Positions 36,826-49,645 of a stretch of DNA of 64,000 nucleotides are shown here, in pieces. This DNA comes from Vicugna vicugna (lineage: Eukaryota). The position numbers were made by a program, and so were the translations under genes. The DNA lies in contig MU057801.1 in the NCBI GenBank assembly GCA_013265495.1, forward strand, positions 2,634,765 to 2,698,764, given 5' to 3'. Position 1 is the stretch's first letter. Each line of letters opens with the position of its first letter. Under the pieces are notes generated by a model, which did no database searches, had not been told where the DNA came from, and saw only the letters and a program-made list of their open reading frames with translations.

Positions 36826-39800
36826 AAGTAAGTGAGCAACTCCGCAGACCGCCCATCCTGGCTGGGACATGTGTCACTCAGGACTTCCTTGAGTGCCCAG
36901 CCTCTCAGCCTGATGGACACAGGGCATGTGGCAGGAATGATCTGGTCCTATGGCTCCTTTAAAGGTGGAGTTCCAAAAAGCAGGCCACGTGGTCCTACAA
37001 AACCTCTCTGCAGGGCTCAACAGGGAAGGATGAGCGACCCTTCAAAGGGGGCTCACATAACCCACCCACCCCTGCAGCAGAGGTGCTGCCCGTGCAATCT
37101 CAACAAAAAACAGGGACGCTGGCCAAAGCGCCCCCTTACCTTTCCTTTGCCCGACACGATCCACATAAAACAGATTCGTCTCATCTGTCTGGGACCCTAT
37201 GTGGTTAGATCTCCATTTCTACACTTCAGTGTACACTTTAAAATCTTACTTTAGTAATCCAATTCAGAGCTGGTGGCAGCCTGCTTGAATATCCTGTTGC
37301 CCCTTTCACGACGGGGAAAGGCTCTCTCATCTCCAAAACAAGGAGTCCACCCAGGACAGAAAATGAATGCTTACAGATAGAAAGGTGGCCAGAACTCAAG
37401 TGATGACCTGTGTCCACACGGCTTACCCTTGCCGGGGAGCCAGCCAGCACCCTTTGACAACCAGGTACAAAGAGCTGGAGAAGAATCTGGAGGCCACCCA
37501 GCCCAGGGCTCCCAAGGGTGGCACCTCCCTGGGGGCAGCTGTAAACAAAGCCGGAGAGTCTGGTAGGTTCAAGATCCCCAGCTGTTCTTAACGTGCAGCT
37601 GGACACCACTGGCCTGCTTCAGCCCCTCCCCAGCGAAAGAAGTCCATCAACACCCAGGCTGACTGCCAGCCAGCCCCTACTGGAAAGTTCTGCACAAGGT
37701 CAAGTTTTAGAAAAGGCAGCTCACACAAACGAGCCAAAGGCAGCCTCAGGCCACTTACTTCTTCACGCAGGCTGAGACCCTTAGTTCAAAAGGCCCACCA
37801 GAGCCAAACTCAAATCTTACATACCCAGTTATTTTAAAATAGCCCAAACAAGCAAATTCTTAGCCATTTAGAGACTACCTGCTTTGTATACTCTATGAAA
37901 CCTCCTCGAACAGCTGTTCCCCACAGATAAAACCCCCTGCCCCCGCCGCTGCCCTCAGAGCTCACTGATCCACTCACCTTGACCCGGGGCCCCACTTGCC
38001 CCCTCCGTCTGTGAGACTTCCCAGCTCTCAATCCTGCCAGGGTCACCAGGGAGCCCGCATGTGCAGCTGCCCCTCACAGACAGACATACACTGTCCCTCC
38101 TCAGCCCTGCCATGCCTCCAACCGTCTACATAACACAAACAAGAACTCAATGTTTACCTTTGGTTCATTTTAATCAATTTGAACTGAAGCAGCTACAATT
38201 TGCCCAAGTGGCTTCCTCATCAGACAGCACCCACCACCTTGGAGCCCCGACACCCCTTTGCAGCCCAGGGCGGGTCCAGTCCTTTCCCTTGGGGACCCTG
38301 GCTGCCCCACTGGCTCACACAGCACATCATGAGGAACACGCACCCTGCTGCTCATGCTGACCCGCCTGCTTCTGCCACCCCAGGCTCCCGGCCCGACACC
38401 ACACCGCCCCGGCTCTCTCCCTCTTTGTCCTCCCCAGCTGGAGCACCCCCAGCCTGGCACGAGCCCCTCAGACGGTGGGGCTGGCAGAGCATTCTGGTTG
38501 CTTCAGAGCTTGCCAGAGTCCCCCGTAAAGGGTGAAGCCCACAACTCAAGGCAAAGCTCTAGTCAAACCATAAACTGTCAGTCCACAGAACAGGTTAGCC
38601 ATCGACAGGGAGAAACGAGGGGACATTATACAAACACCTGGGCTCCCAGCTTCTCGTGAAAAAGTGGGAGATCTGGCTCCACGTGACCCATGCTGCAGGG
38701 TAGGGGCTCCCTTTCTCCCCATCCCCCAACACGTCAGGAGGACTACGAACCAAACACTGTGACTGATGTGTACACAATGCTGAGCCTGGAGCACAGGAAC
38801 ACACGGAAAACCTCAGGCAGAGGATGGCACTCTGCGGGCACCTGAGTCAGGAAGCCGGGTGCACAGCTCCTTGGGCTGGGGGCTCCCCACGCATGCTCTG
38901 GGCTTATTTTAGCCCAAGGTTCATTAACTTTTTGGCAAGTCCACCTCACTGCTGGCTCCACAAACTCAGATCCAACTATAAAGCAGCCTCTCCTCTGCCA
39001 CCTTCACCCACCACCGCCGGTGCACACCTGCACTGCATCCACTCAAAAAGAGGACCCGCCATTCATCCGTACCTTTTTCTCTGACAAAGCTCTGCACCTG
39101 CCCATCCTGCTCTTTCCTCCCCAGCCTGTGTTGACACATCCCAGAAAGTCAGCAACTTCCTTCCCAGGTGCTGTCTGGGAAATCAACTTGTTTGCCCCAA
39201 CCTCTACACCCGCACCCTCGTATTTCCTAACAGCCTCTAAGGCAAGACAGTGATCACAGTGACGCAACAGGATTGGACAACAACTGTCAGCTCAGCTCCG
39301 CCTTACAAAACCCTGTGACCGCACCAGCCACACATGAAGGGATTTCTCTAACCGATTCTGCTCACAGGACATCAGGGCCTCGACTTATGGACCAAAGTCC
39401 TGACCAACAGACTCCGTGAGATCAAAATAGGCCTGCGATTTTTATGGGAAACCCTTTAGGCCCAAATCCATGGGAGACCAGAACCCCAGGTACCAAGGGG
39501 ATCCCTGGAACCTGAGAGTCACACACAATGGCTCAGGCTTCCCAAGGGACTGCACCCTGCATTGGTTCACCTGTCATACTCCTTTAAACTGGGCTCCTAG
39601 ACTCTGTGTTAGCATTGAAAACAAATTTAAAACAAGGGCAAAGAGCAATGGGAAAACACGCCCGGGGAAGAGCTGAGAAGAGAACTCGGGATTCCCGGCT
39701 CCTGACAACTTCATGCATTATGACAGCCCCAGCTGTTTCTGCACACTGCCTCCCTGACGCCTCAACCTTAAAAAGGAAAATGGACCTAACAGAGATTTTG

Positions 39801-40164
39801 GATTAGTCTAAAACACTTAAGTTTATTCAAAGAGCACCTGCTAAATTTTCAACTCTTCACTCCTCAACACACAGACACTAAACATAGCTGTCTCTCTTCC
39901 CAGACACAACTATTTTGCAAAAACGGAAGGAATGCTTTCCACTGGCCCCTGACTCATGACTGAAAAACCTCCTTTGTGACTTGCCTTTCTAGAGCCCAGA
40001 CGCCCCTCTCTGCTATAACTCTCCTTCAAAGGGGTTCCTCTTACTAGCATCAGTGAATCAATTCAGTTCTTCTTGCCAAAGACTGTCCCTCGTTCAGGAT
40101 GTACCGCACGCACAGGCATCCAATGAACATTCCCAATATTTTTATCAACATGTAAGTCAATCAA

Positions 40165-40294
40165 GGGGGAGGGTACAGCTCCAGTGGTAGAGCACACGCT
40201 TAGCAGGCAGGAGGCCCTGAGTTCAATCCCCAGTACTTCCTCTAAAAATAAATAAAACTAATCACTTCCCCCACCGCCCAAATAATTAAACAAA
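40165..40294 (+). mobile_element. tRNA-derived SINE (Vic-1-like) with target-site duplication, APMAP intron 1
   Basis: ggggagggtacagctccagtggtagagc...gagttcaatccccagtac, A-rich tail; flanks taagtcaatca (40153-40163) and taagccaatca (40295-40305). Confidence 0.85.
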
Positions 40295-40599
40295 TAAGCC
40301 AATCAGTTCCACACTTTGAGCTTGGACTCTGTGGGGCCTCTTGCTTCTAATAATTCAAAGTTATGACACTCTCGGCACAAAGGTAAAAAAAGAACCTTGA
40401 GAATTTTAAAGGCTTATACTTCATTCTTTACCCAAAGAGCAAAGCATACTTAAATTCCGGAAGCTTGGGAGAAGCAGCGAAAGCCAAAGCCCCGAGATTT
40501 CTTTCACAGGCACCAGTGACTACAGCGTCCTCTGCATCTCCGTCCCTAGCAGGAAAATGCTCGAGGCTGGCTTCTCACAGAAACTGCTCAACTCCGTCC

Positions 40600-41700
40600 C
40601 TTCCGTGCCCCGCTCTTCCTGAAAACCGCGCCGAGAAGACCGGCTGCGGAGGCCGCTCTCCGCGGGCGACCGCGCAGGCAAGTGCGGGCGGGCCCGGGAG
40701 ACGCAGGCGGCGGCCGGGGGTCAGGGCGGGGACGCTACGACCGCGCTGGAGGGGCGGCAGGCGCCCCGCGCGCCGGGAGCCGAGCGCTCCCTCCCGGTGA
40801 AGCGAGGCTGCGGGACACTGAACTGACCCCGGTTCGTCTCTGCCAGCGCCCCGCTGCGGGCCCGGCCTACCTGCCGCCCTTGGCCTCCGGGGTCCGGCCG
40901 TCATCCGTGACGACCTGCGGCCGGAGAGGCCGGCGCTGCCGTAACCCGTCGGCCTCGCTCATGGTGCCGGTGCGCCCGCCGCCCGGGCTGCGCGTCGACT
41001 GCCTCAGGCCCGGCGCCAGGAAGTGACGCACAAGACCCCGCCTCCCTCCTCGGCCGCGGGCGGACGAGCCGCGAGCCCCGCCCCTTCCGGACGCTGGGTG
41101 GGCGTGGCTGCCGGGTGTTTCCCGACGAGTCCGAGCTCGCGCGGTCCCCGCCCAGCGTCCCGCGGCCGGTTCCGAGCCGACGCGGGCAGAAGAGGGCGGC
41201 CGCTGGTGCTGCGCCTTTCGTGACTGTCCCTGCGGCGTTCGGCGAGGTTATCCGGTGAGGCCGGGCGCCGAGAGCGGGACCGGAGCCCTCCCGGAGGGGG
41301 CGCTCTGCCCGGCCGCCGAGACCCCTGCGGGACTTGCGCGCGCAGACGGGGACTCGCGGCCGCCTCGGGCGTCTGGCCGGGGACGGAGCCGGACGTGCAC
41401 GGGGCTTGGGGCAGAAGCGGGGAGGCGGCCTTCCAGGCAGAGGGACGCAGGGTCTGTTACGTGCAGCGTCCCCAGGAGAGGCTGCTGGGGGCGGAGCGCT
41501 GAGAATCGATTTCCGCACTGCTCGTGAAGGCCGTGGCCTTGCTGGTGCTGGAGGGCGCCCGTGTACATCCAGGTCTGCAGGGCCCCGGGTCACGTCCCGG
41601 CCTGGCACCGGGGGAATGCAGCCAGCACAGCTCCGTCAGGGCCGGCCTCAGGGCAGTGCACGCTCTGCGCGCCCGCCTGTCTGGGTCGTCGCTCCGGCCT
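40600..41700 (-). promoter_or_regulatory. APMAP: CpG island / APMAP promoter
   Basis: Very dense CpG and high GC around exon 1; GC boxes near 41036-41045 and 41076-41084, ETS CTTCCGG near 41084-41090, ETS-CRE composite 41017-41030. Confidence 0.88.
40871..40962 (-). CDS. APMAP: Adipocyte plasma membrane-associated protein coding exon 1
   Basis: gcaccATG; MSEADGLRQRRPLRPQVVTDDGRTPEAKGG; donor AG|gtagg; inside CpG island. Confidence 0.96.
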
Positions 41701-42844
41701 GGAGCCCTGTATTTCTAATTCTAGGCCTCCCTGCCTTTGTCCCTACGATTCCTTCTTTCTGTGAAATGCTTCCCTTCACCTCCACTTGGCCAAACCAGTT
41801 TTTTATCGGTCGGGATCCACTTCATTTGCTGAAAATCCTTCCCCGAATTTATAAAGCAGGACATCTTCTTGCCTTAAGGCACTTTCATTGTGTCCCAGTT
41901 AGAGGACAGCCTGTTGCACTAATTATTTGTATTCCATGTCACCCGAAAACAGCCAGGAAAATAATAAAAAGTTAATTGAACTTGCTGCAGCAAAGGGATG
42001 TGCCAGAGGACCCGTGACTCTCCCCCAAACGGGAGTTACAGAAGGGTCCTCGGAGGCCTGCTGCTGGAGTTAGCTGTAGGTGGTCTTGGCGGGGATGGGT
42101 CAGACCTTGTAACCAGGAGAGTCACTGGAGGAGTCAGGGAGGGGACAGCCAGGGACCAAGTTAGGTCCCGGGTTAGGCCAGCTGAACCCTCTCCCCACAT
42201 CTGGAGATGGGGGCTGAGGCCCAGTTCCAGGGGTGCTGCTTTCCCTGGCATTTGCTCATAAGTTACCCTTGCCAGGAGGACCGTCCTAGTGGTTGGACTC
42301 CGTGATCAGATAGCACGGCTGGGCCAGAGCCTGTGATGCTGGGAATGGCCTTGACAGGCCCCCAGCAGCTGGGGGTGGGGCGCTGACAAAGTAGGGAGCT
42401 TCACCAGGAGGGGGCCCAGGCATCCTCCTTGGAAAAGTCAGTCTGTAACCCTCTCATGCTGTCCTGCCCAGACCAGATCGTTCAGAAGAGGGCTGTTGGG
42501 CCCTGACTTGCCAGGGCGTGCAGAGGGGGAAGACCAGTTCTTTCTGCAGTGAGCCCCCTTTCCCTACATGCAGAATCCTCCCCCAGCCTCCCTCTCCGCT
42601 CCCCAGGGGACTCAGGACAGACTCAGGCTCCTTCTCTGGAGACTTCTCGTCCCACCTCTCAGGGCACCAACTCGGTGTGTTCTGCTCTGAAGCCTGCATC
42701 TCATCCAGGGAAGGATACAGACACTGTGTCCACCCCATCTGGAGTAAGGATGGCCTGGCAGGGGCAGGTCACAGGAGGCTGAGCTGCTCCCTGTGGCGTG
42801 GACCGGGCGGCTGCATGTGGTTTTGCTTCCTGGTCCTCTGAGTT

Positions 42845-43025
42845 CTAGCCCAGCACCTACCACCAGGGCCCCCGTCACACGGGATCTCCTGGGAGCTCTG
42901 GCCACGTGGCACCTGAGCACTTCACTGTGGCTGCAGCCACCAAGGAACTAACATTTTGTTTACTTGTTCTGGCTTTTTACTGACATGTAACTAGCCACGT
43001 GTGACTAGTGGTTGGCCAGCACAGG
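42845..43025. mobile_element. MER3/MER33-like hAT-Charlie fragment
   Basis: gccacgtggc..ctgagcactt...tgtggct...aggaacta...tagccacgtgtgactagtgg. Confidence 0.55.
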
Positions 43026-44453
43026 GACCTAGAGACAGTGAGGTCCACCACATAATGGCTGCTTGCTGTGTGTTTCCCCCGTGAGGTGAGTGTTTTTACG
43101 TGTTCTCTTTTGAGAATCTTAAGAATTATATTCAACAATGAAGAATAGCATTATTTGATTTTTTTAAACCCCCCAAAAGAAAACAATAAACAAAATAAAG
43201 CTTTAGTTGAACTGCATTGCAGGTCATTTTGAGGCCCTGGCCACTGTTCCAGGTTAGGGCTAAGTCACTTCTAACCACAATCTGCCAAGTCCAGCAAAAC
43301 TCGGCAGGTACAGGTGTGTGGTTCTCTGTTGTCAGCACTGCCAATCTGTGCACCACAGCCAAGGCCGCCTGGCCTGGTCTGGTCACCTGAGAAGCCAGCA
43401 CAGCTACGTATGGCAGGGGCTCAGCACAGGGCCTCGCCCGCTATGGGCACAGATTCGGGCAGCCCTCCCTGTCCTGCAGGACCCAGCTCCGCAGGCCACC
43501 TGCCCCGCACTCCAAGCATCAGCCCGCCTGTGCCTGGCTAATCAGGCATTTTGCAACCTAACGGTCAGCATCGACCTGCTCAGTTGCAGGGACCTAAGGC
43601 ACCTTTGACAGGGAGAGACCTGACTCAGAACAGGAAGGAAGGGCGGTTTGTGGGGACCCAGTTCCGGCCTGACCAGTGAGTCTGGCTTCCCTGAACAGCC
43701 CTGCAGGTGGAGAGTGGGCAAGGTTGGGGGTGAGGGGGCCGTCCAGACCACAGCTCCCAGAAACCACTCGTGACCAGACCCGCTTCCGACCTGCACAGCG
43801 CGCCCTTCCCCACAGCTGCTCTCAGGAGTTAGGCGTCATTGCACTTAAACCCAGGAAGTAGAAACACACCAGAAATGACCGCTGCAGGCTTGAAAGGTCT
43901 CAAGACAGCTGTGTTCAGAGGTACAAACATTTGCAATTCATATTTCAAATATGCCAAACAGTACCTAAAAGTGCACGTTTCCCCACGAGCAGAGGCGAAA
44001 AAGTAGCTTTTCGTAACTGTTAGAGTGTACAAGTGAACCACACACTGCACGTGTGTCTGCACCATTCCTCTAAAATGTAAAAGAATAGTAAGATTTCTCC
44101 CTTTCGTTCCTAGAAACACCTGGGGGGAAATGACTGCTTCTCGTTCCCAGTCATCTGAGCAGGCACTTGCACCAGGTGCCCCGCCTTCCCACGCTGTCTG
44201 GAGAGGACATGGGGACGAGGTGACAGCAGCTTCCCCCCAGGAAACCCAGGTCGGGGCAAGTGGAAAGAAGCTCCCCACTGCTGAGGGGGCCTCGCCAAGG
44301 ACTCTCCAGGGGAGGGAAGGCGGGGACGTTGGGACTTCACATTAAGGGCGGTGTGGGCTCTGTGCTGGGGGGACACACATGGGATGGCCAGGAATCTCCC
44401 AGCTTGGAGCTGTGTCTGGAGCACAGGTTGGCGCCGGGTCTCGGCAAAGCCCG

Positions 44454-44633
44454 TCACGGGCCGGCCGCCTGCTTGTCTTTGTACTTGTGGTAGGCACTCA
44501 GGATCTCTGTGACGACGCTGGGGTCCTCCAGCGTGGTGGTGTCCCCCAGGTCCTGGGCCTTGTCCGTGATGATCTTCCTCAGGAGCCTCCGCATGACTTT
44601 CCCAGACCGCGTCTTTGGAAGACGTTTCACTAC
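44454..44633 (-). CDS. ACSS1: ACSS1 exon 14 (last coding)
   Basis: [59 protein letters not shown]; the PKTRSGK motif carries the catalytic, SIRT3-deacetylated lysine (codon 44598-44600). Confidence 0.97.
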   Translation of the reverse strand, partial: VVKRLPKTRSGKVMRRLLRKIITDKAQDLGDTTTLEDPSVVTEILSAYHKYKDKQAAGP

Positions 44634-45701
44634 CTGGCAGGGAAGGTGCAGTGTGAGTGCCGGGCAGCGCCCGGACTCCCCCCCGGCATCGCTGCGCCTG
44701 GAGCTGAGGCGGCCTCTGCTGGGAGCACACCCGGCCCTGGGACCTGGTGGTGTGCAGCCCACCGCGGAGGACAGCGGGGCCGAGGCCTCTGCTTCTGTCC
44801 CCTCCCCCGGACCTAAAGCTGACATCAGCCCAGAGGGCGGGACCAGGCACGGTCAGGGGTGTCACTGACGCCCTCCACCCGGGAGGCCCCCCGGGCCGGA
44901 GCTGACCTCACCGCCGACACCTGCTTCTCTGCCCCCCTCGCGAGGGAGGGCTCGCAGGTGCAGCAAAGCCAGGCCACACTGTGGCCCCTTGTCTCCTCCC
45001 CCAGCTGAGGCCGAAGCGGCTTTTTTCTAACGAGAAGCAAGAGCTGCTTGAGAGGAGAATGTTGTCCTGCTTCGTGTTTGAAATTCAGCGTTTAACATTT
45101 TCTAACAACCACAGCCGCCCAACATCAAGGCAGTACGTTAAAAACCGAGTTTGGGCCCCTAACTGTGAATGAGTCCAGTTCACCTCTAGGGGGTTCAGGG
45201 GAAACTGGTCACCAGACCGACAGTTTGACCTCGTGTGGCACCAAGTGAGGCTGGGCCCTCCTGCCTCAGGCCAGGCTCCCAGCCGAGGAAGGTAGTGGGT
45301 CGGTGTTAAAGGAAAGAGTGAAAAGCCAGTGGGACTGAAAACGGTCCAGCTCCTCCCCAGAACCAGCCCCAACACAGGCACCCGTCAGGGCTGGTGGTGT
45401 CTCTCTCACAGCAACCAAATCCCGCTCAGAAAGCGGTGGGCGCTGGGGAACTCTAGCCCTGTCCCAGGCCTGTTTGTGATGTCCACTTCTCTGCAGTGAC
45501 CAGCCTGCTCCCGAAACCAGCCTCATATGCTCAGCTCTCCCCACACAGGTGGCCATGTCTCCATCCCCCGAGGATGCAGGGCCCACCATCCTCACCTACC
45601 TCCTGGGAGTTCTGGGGCGGACAGGAGGGGCCATCGGCTCTGGGAAGCAAGGGGGAGGCTTAAAAGCAGCAGTGCTATGGCCCCGAGGCAAGTCCACTCA
45701 C

Positions 45702-45820
45702 CAGAATCTGATCGGGCACCGCGTACTTGGCAATCTTGGTGGCCACCGCGGACCGGAGCTCATTCATCACCGTGTCTGCGTCACCCGCGTCCTCTTTCAG
45801 CACGATGAAGGCAAACGCGG
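45702..45820 (-). CDS. ACSS1: ACSS1 exon 13
   Basis: AAFAFIVLKEDAGDADTVMNELRSAVATKIAKYAVPDQIL; 119 nt. Confidence 0.94.
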
Positions 45821-46351
45821 CTGGAAGGAGAGCAAAGGTGTAGGATGCGCTAGACCATGAATAAACCCAAAGTGTGTCCCCAGTGAGGACCCCTTACTCT
45901 GGGCCCCCTGCCCATCACTGCGCAGTAGGAACCACGGGGCGGCCACGGAGCCGCTCCAGGACACCCGCCCTCTGCCAACGCGGCGGCTGCAGAGCTGGCC
46001 CAGGCGCTGTGATGGAGCGCGGGCGAGGGGACGCGTGACAGAGCAGGGCACCTCATACAGGCCATCCCTGATAGGGCCGCCAGAGCCCATGGACAGGGAG
46101 GAGGCTCCCCGAGCTCAGCTGGGCCGACGTGACAGCTGTGTGTGGGTGAGCGTCCTTAAAGGACAGTGGAGCTGGGGCCTCTCAGAGCCCTGATTTCCTT
46201 CTGACATGCAACGCCTGCTCTTCAGCCACCCACCCGAATTCTCCACTCAGACAGACGGGAACCCAGCCAGACCTACAAGTCTGTGCCTCGCGGAGGACCC
46301 CTGGTGGGCGTGAGCCCAGGACCGGGGGGTCCTCTCATGGGGGACACCCAC

Positions 46352-46415
46352 CTTCTCCCTTGATGTCATGGGGGTAGCCGATGACGGCCGTCTCCGGCAC
46401 CGCAGGGTGGTCAGC
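46352..46415 (-). CDS. ACSS1: ACSS1 exon 12
   Basis: [21 protein letters not shown]; 64 nt. Confidence 0.94.
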
Positions 46416-46519
46416 CTGTGCACGGGAGGACGAGACAACAGAGGTGAAACCCCAACTGGGCACTCAATGACCACCCCACACCTCAGCGCCCAGCAGCCAG
46501 CCCGGGGAGCCACACTCAC

Positions 46520-46647
46520 CAGAGCGTCCTCGATCTCGGCCGTCCCCACCCGGTGGCCACTGATATTGATCACGTCGTCCATCCGCCCTGTGATCTGGTA
46601 GTAGCCTTCCGGGGTCCGGTAGGCGCCGTCCCCGGTGAAGTAGTAGC
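46520..46647 (-). CDS. ACSS1: ACSS1 exon 11
   Basis: [43 protein letters not shown]; 128 nt. Confidence 0.97.
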
Positions 46648-47113
46648 CTGCAGCATAGCGGGGGTCTCGGCGCCAGCTCCGACCCAGGCCCGCGGGGCTC
46701 CCAGTGCCCCACGGAAGGACGCGCTCCTGCCCCGCTGGCCTCCTCGCGACCCCACAGAGACCCTTCTCAGATGCCACAGGGCTGGTGCCGCTAAAGGGCA
46801 GAGAGGCCCAACAGCCAGAGGCGGCCGGCTGTGGGAGCAGGTGACGCGAGGGGCACAAGCCTCCCTGACAAGTGTGCGCTGAACGTCGTCAGTTCCCACA
46901 GGGACACGTGGGCACACACTCCAGCCCGACCGCACGAGCAGCGGGCAGGGACTGGAGCCGTGGCTTGTCCCCAGGGTGGCTCCCACCCCTCTCCTGGGAG
47001 CCAACGGCTTGCCCCCTCCCAAGGGCCCTCTCAGAGCTAAGGGAAGTAGGGCGGGTTCACCCACTGCGCTCAGACCTCTGAGCCCGAGTCCAGTGGTGGC
47101 GGGAAAGGCTCAC

Positions 47114-47240
47114 CTGGATAAGCCTTGAAGTAGGCGTCCAGGAATCTCTGGTGGTCTCCGAAGATGGTCCTGGCCATGCCCGGCCAGGCTTGGGAGAGGC
47201 ACAGAGCCCCAGAGACGTCCCCGCCCTCCACGACATTTCC
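47114..47240 (-). CDS. ACSS1: ACSS1 exon 10
   Basis: GNVVEGGDVSGALCLSQAWPGMARTIFGDHQRFLDAYFKAYP; tag acceptor; 127 nt. Confidence 0.95.
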
Positions 47241-47423
47241 CTACAGACCCGGGGGACACAGGACGAAACGACCCTGTCATCATCTCCTAACTGCCAGCTT
47301 GACTCAGGCAAAGGACAAGGGCCCAGGAAGGAGCTGCCCGGGGCCTTCTCCTCCAACCAGAGAAGGGGCAGCGGAGGCTGGGAAGGTGCAGTGGGCTGGG
47401 CAGGGCACGAGGAGGGGACTCAC

Positions 47424-47536
47424 CTGCTCATCCATGAGGACAGGGACGATGCCAAAGAAGGGCCTCATGGCCATGGCGGGTATGATCTCTGCCCCCTCCT
47501 CCGAGGGCCGCGGGGAGATGCAGATGCCACCCGTCT
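47424..47536 (-). CDS. ACSS1: ACSS1 exon 9
   Basis: ETGGICISPRPSEEGAEIIPAMAMRPFFGIVPVLMDEQ; 113 nt. Confidence 0.96.
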
Positions 47537-47789
47537 CTGTGGGGAGGACGCGGGAAAGGCTGCTGGGCCAGGGACCAGTGACACGTTTACACCAACCTGG
47601 CCCTCTGGAGGAGGGGCGACTGCCCGTGTTGGGCAAGGAAACAGCCCCCAGGGACAAAAGGACCTTTGTCTGAGGAGAAACCCAGCCCCGGCACTGGCCC
47701 CTCCGCCCAGGACAAGCCTTCCGTCCCAGGAGCCTTGGTGCCCACGCCGCCTCCCCCATCCCACCCCTCCTCCCCGGGGATGCGCTCAC

Positions 47790-47882
47790 CTGTCTGCCAC
47801 CAGGTGTCCACCACCGTGCACCGTCTGTCCCCCACCACGTCGTACAGCCACTCCCAGGCCTCCTGGTTGATTGGCTCTCCCA
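47790..47882 (-). CDS. ACSS1: ACSS1 exon 8
   Basis: [31 protein letters not shown]; 93 nt. Confidence 0.96.
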
Positions 47883-48575
47883 CTGAAACCACATACGAGA
47901 GAGAAGACATTCAGAGATCTCAACAAAGCTGAAACCAAAAGGGACAGATTGTACAAGGAAGACAGCTCTGTAATTACCCTAAAATACACAAAAGGAGACT
48001 TGAAAGGGCAGTGAGATTATCACATTTACAGCCATCAAAGAACACGAATTACAACGAGATACTTTCCCCAACAGAGGGTCGAGATCAAGAATGTGGAGCA
48101 GGCACCAGTGCAGTCGCTGTCGGGGCCGATTCGGGGGGCGGTGCTGTTTCTCTCCAGGTTTACAAGTGCACGCAGCTGACACAAGGGCTCTGGACAAGGG
48201 CTGGTGGCAGAGTCCACTAGCACTAAGCACGTTTGTCTGTTACTGGAAACGGCACACACCCACCACAGGCAGACATGGATGACGATGTCCCCGTGGGCAA
48301 AAGCTAACAAACGTCGTGGAGAGCAGATGAGAAGTGTATCAGGGCACATTTGTGCAGTGGAAGCCCACACCAGGGAAAAGGGCAGCCACGCTGTGTGGCA
48401 GGGCCACTGCCCAAGCGAAGGCAGCACACAAGCCTCAGTCCACGAAGTTCAAGAACCAGGAACTCAGTCTGAGCTGAGCAGGTCACAGGGGCCGCAGAGG
48501 GGCACGGCTGGGGCACAGGGAGCCTGAGACCAAGAAGGTCCACGGCTCCATCCGGGGTCATGGTCGTCCTGCACT

Positions 48576-48596
48576 CACACACACACACACACACAC
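48576..48596. repeat. (CA)n microsatellite
   Basis: About 10 CA units in ACSS1 intron 7. Confidence 0.85.
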
Positions 48597-49645
48597 GCAG
48601 CACCGGCTGACGAGCTGGAAAACAGACAAGGGCCTGAACGCCCAGGGACGTGGCCACGTGGGCCACACACTCCCTAGCACCCCTCCAGGACGCAGTCAGA
48701 GCCGGTGGGAAACTGCACGTCGTCTGTTAGGTCAGCGTCACAGAGGGGCAGCACAGTGTGACCACAGGCGGAGCTGTGTCTGCCCCCACGGTAGAGCTCG
48801 GCTTTCCCGGCCACCTTCTGATTCTGTCTTTTCCCAACAAGAAGGCATCTGTGCACTTGTGAAATTGAAGTTTAAAATTTTTTCAAGAAACAAAACCTTG
48901 GGTAAGAGTCTTGAGAGAGCTGGATTCTGCTGACGAGAGAGGCTGCGCAAAGGGGCCGCCCAGAGCCCGCTGAGCTGTGTGGGCTGGGCAGCGCTGGGGT
49001 CGGCCTGAGCCGAAGCGGCCGGGGGCCCAGCCCCGCGAGGCAGGGAGCGGCCCCAGTGCCCACCCAGCTCACTGGGCCTCACTGGAAGTCACTGGCTCAC
49101 ACACCGTTTACCAGGGACTCACGCTGACGGCAACAGCCTGTTTGTGGCCCGTCAAACCCTCGTCCCGCACCTGCTTTCATCATTACAGGGAGGAGCGCGG
49201 CAGCCAGAAGTAAAGCACGTCTGTCTGAAGATACAGGTGACCGCCGCCCTCCCTGGGATGCAGAGCTTCCCTCCTTGGGCTCCGCCGTGAGCAGACTCCC
49301 TTCCCCGGCGCCTGGCCACGCGGACGCGCCGTGTGCGGGCTCACGTCGTTTTGGAAACCGTGAAGGAGGCCACCCTGACTTGTTTGATGTGCTGTGTTCT
49401 GATAAGACGTGAAACTGCTGAAAACCAGGCTTCTCCAGAGCAGCTCCTCGGAGCTACAGTCCTCAGTGCGGCTCGAATAAAACTCTCTTCTGTTCTGATT
49501 ACAGGCTGGTTACTGACTGTTTTCGTTGACAATACCCTGGTCTCACGAAACACCCCCCCAGGGCTCTGCTGGTGGCGCTACTTACGCAGCAGGAATGCCT
49601 CCCAGACCAGCAAAATACACTGAGCCCGGTGAGCCTGTGAGGGCT

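Noticed and set aside
38740..40100. Possible ERV LTR remnants in APMAP intron 1
   Set aside because: TATA-like word and CA terminus are suggestive, but I could not assign a family or boundaries without a repeat search
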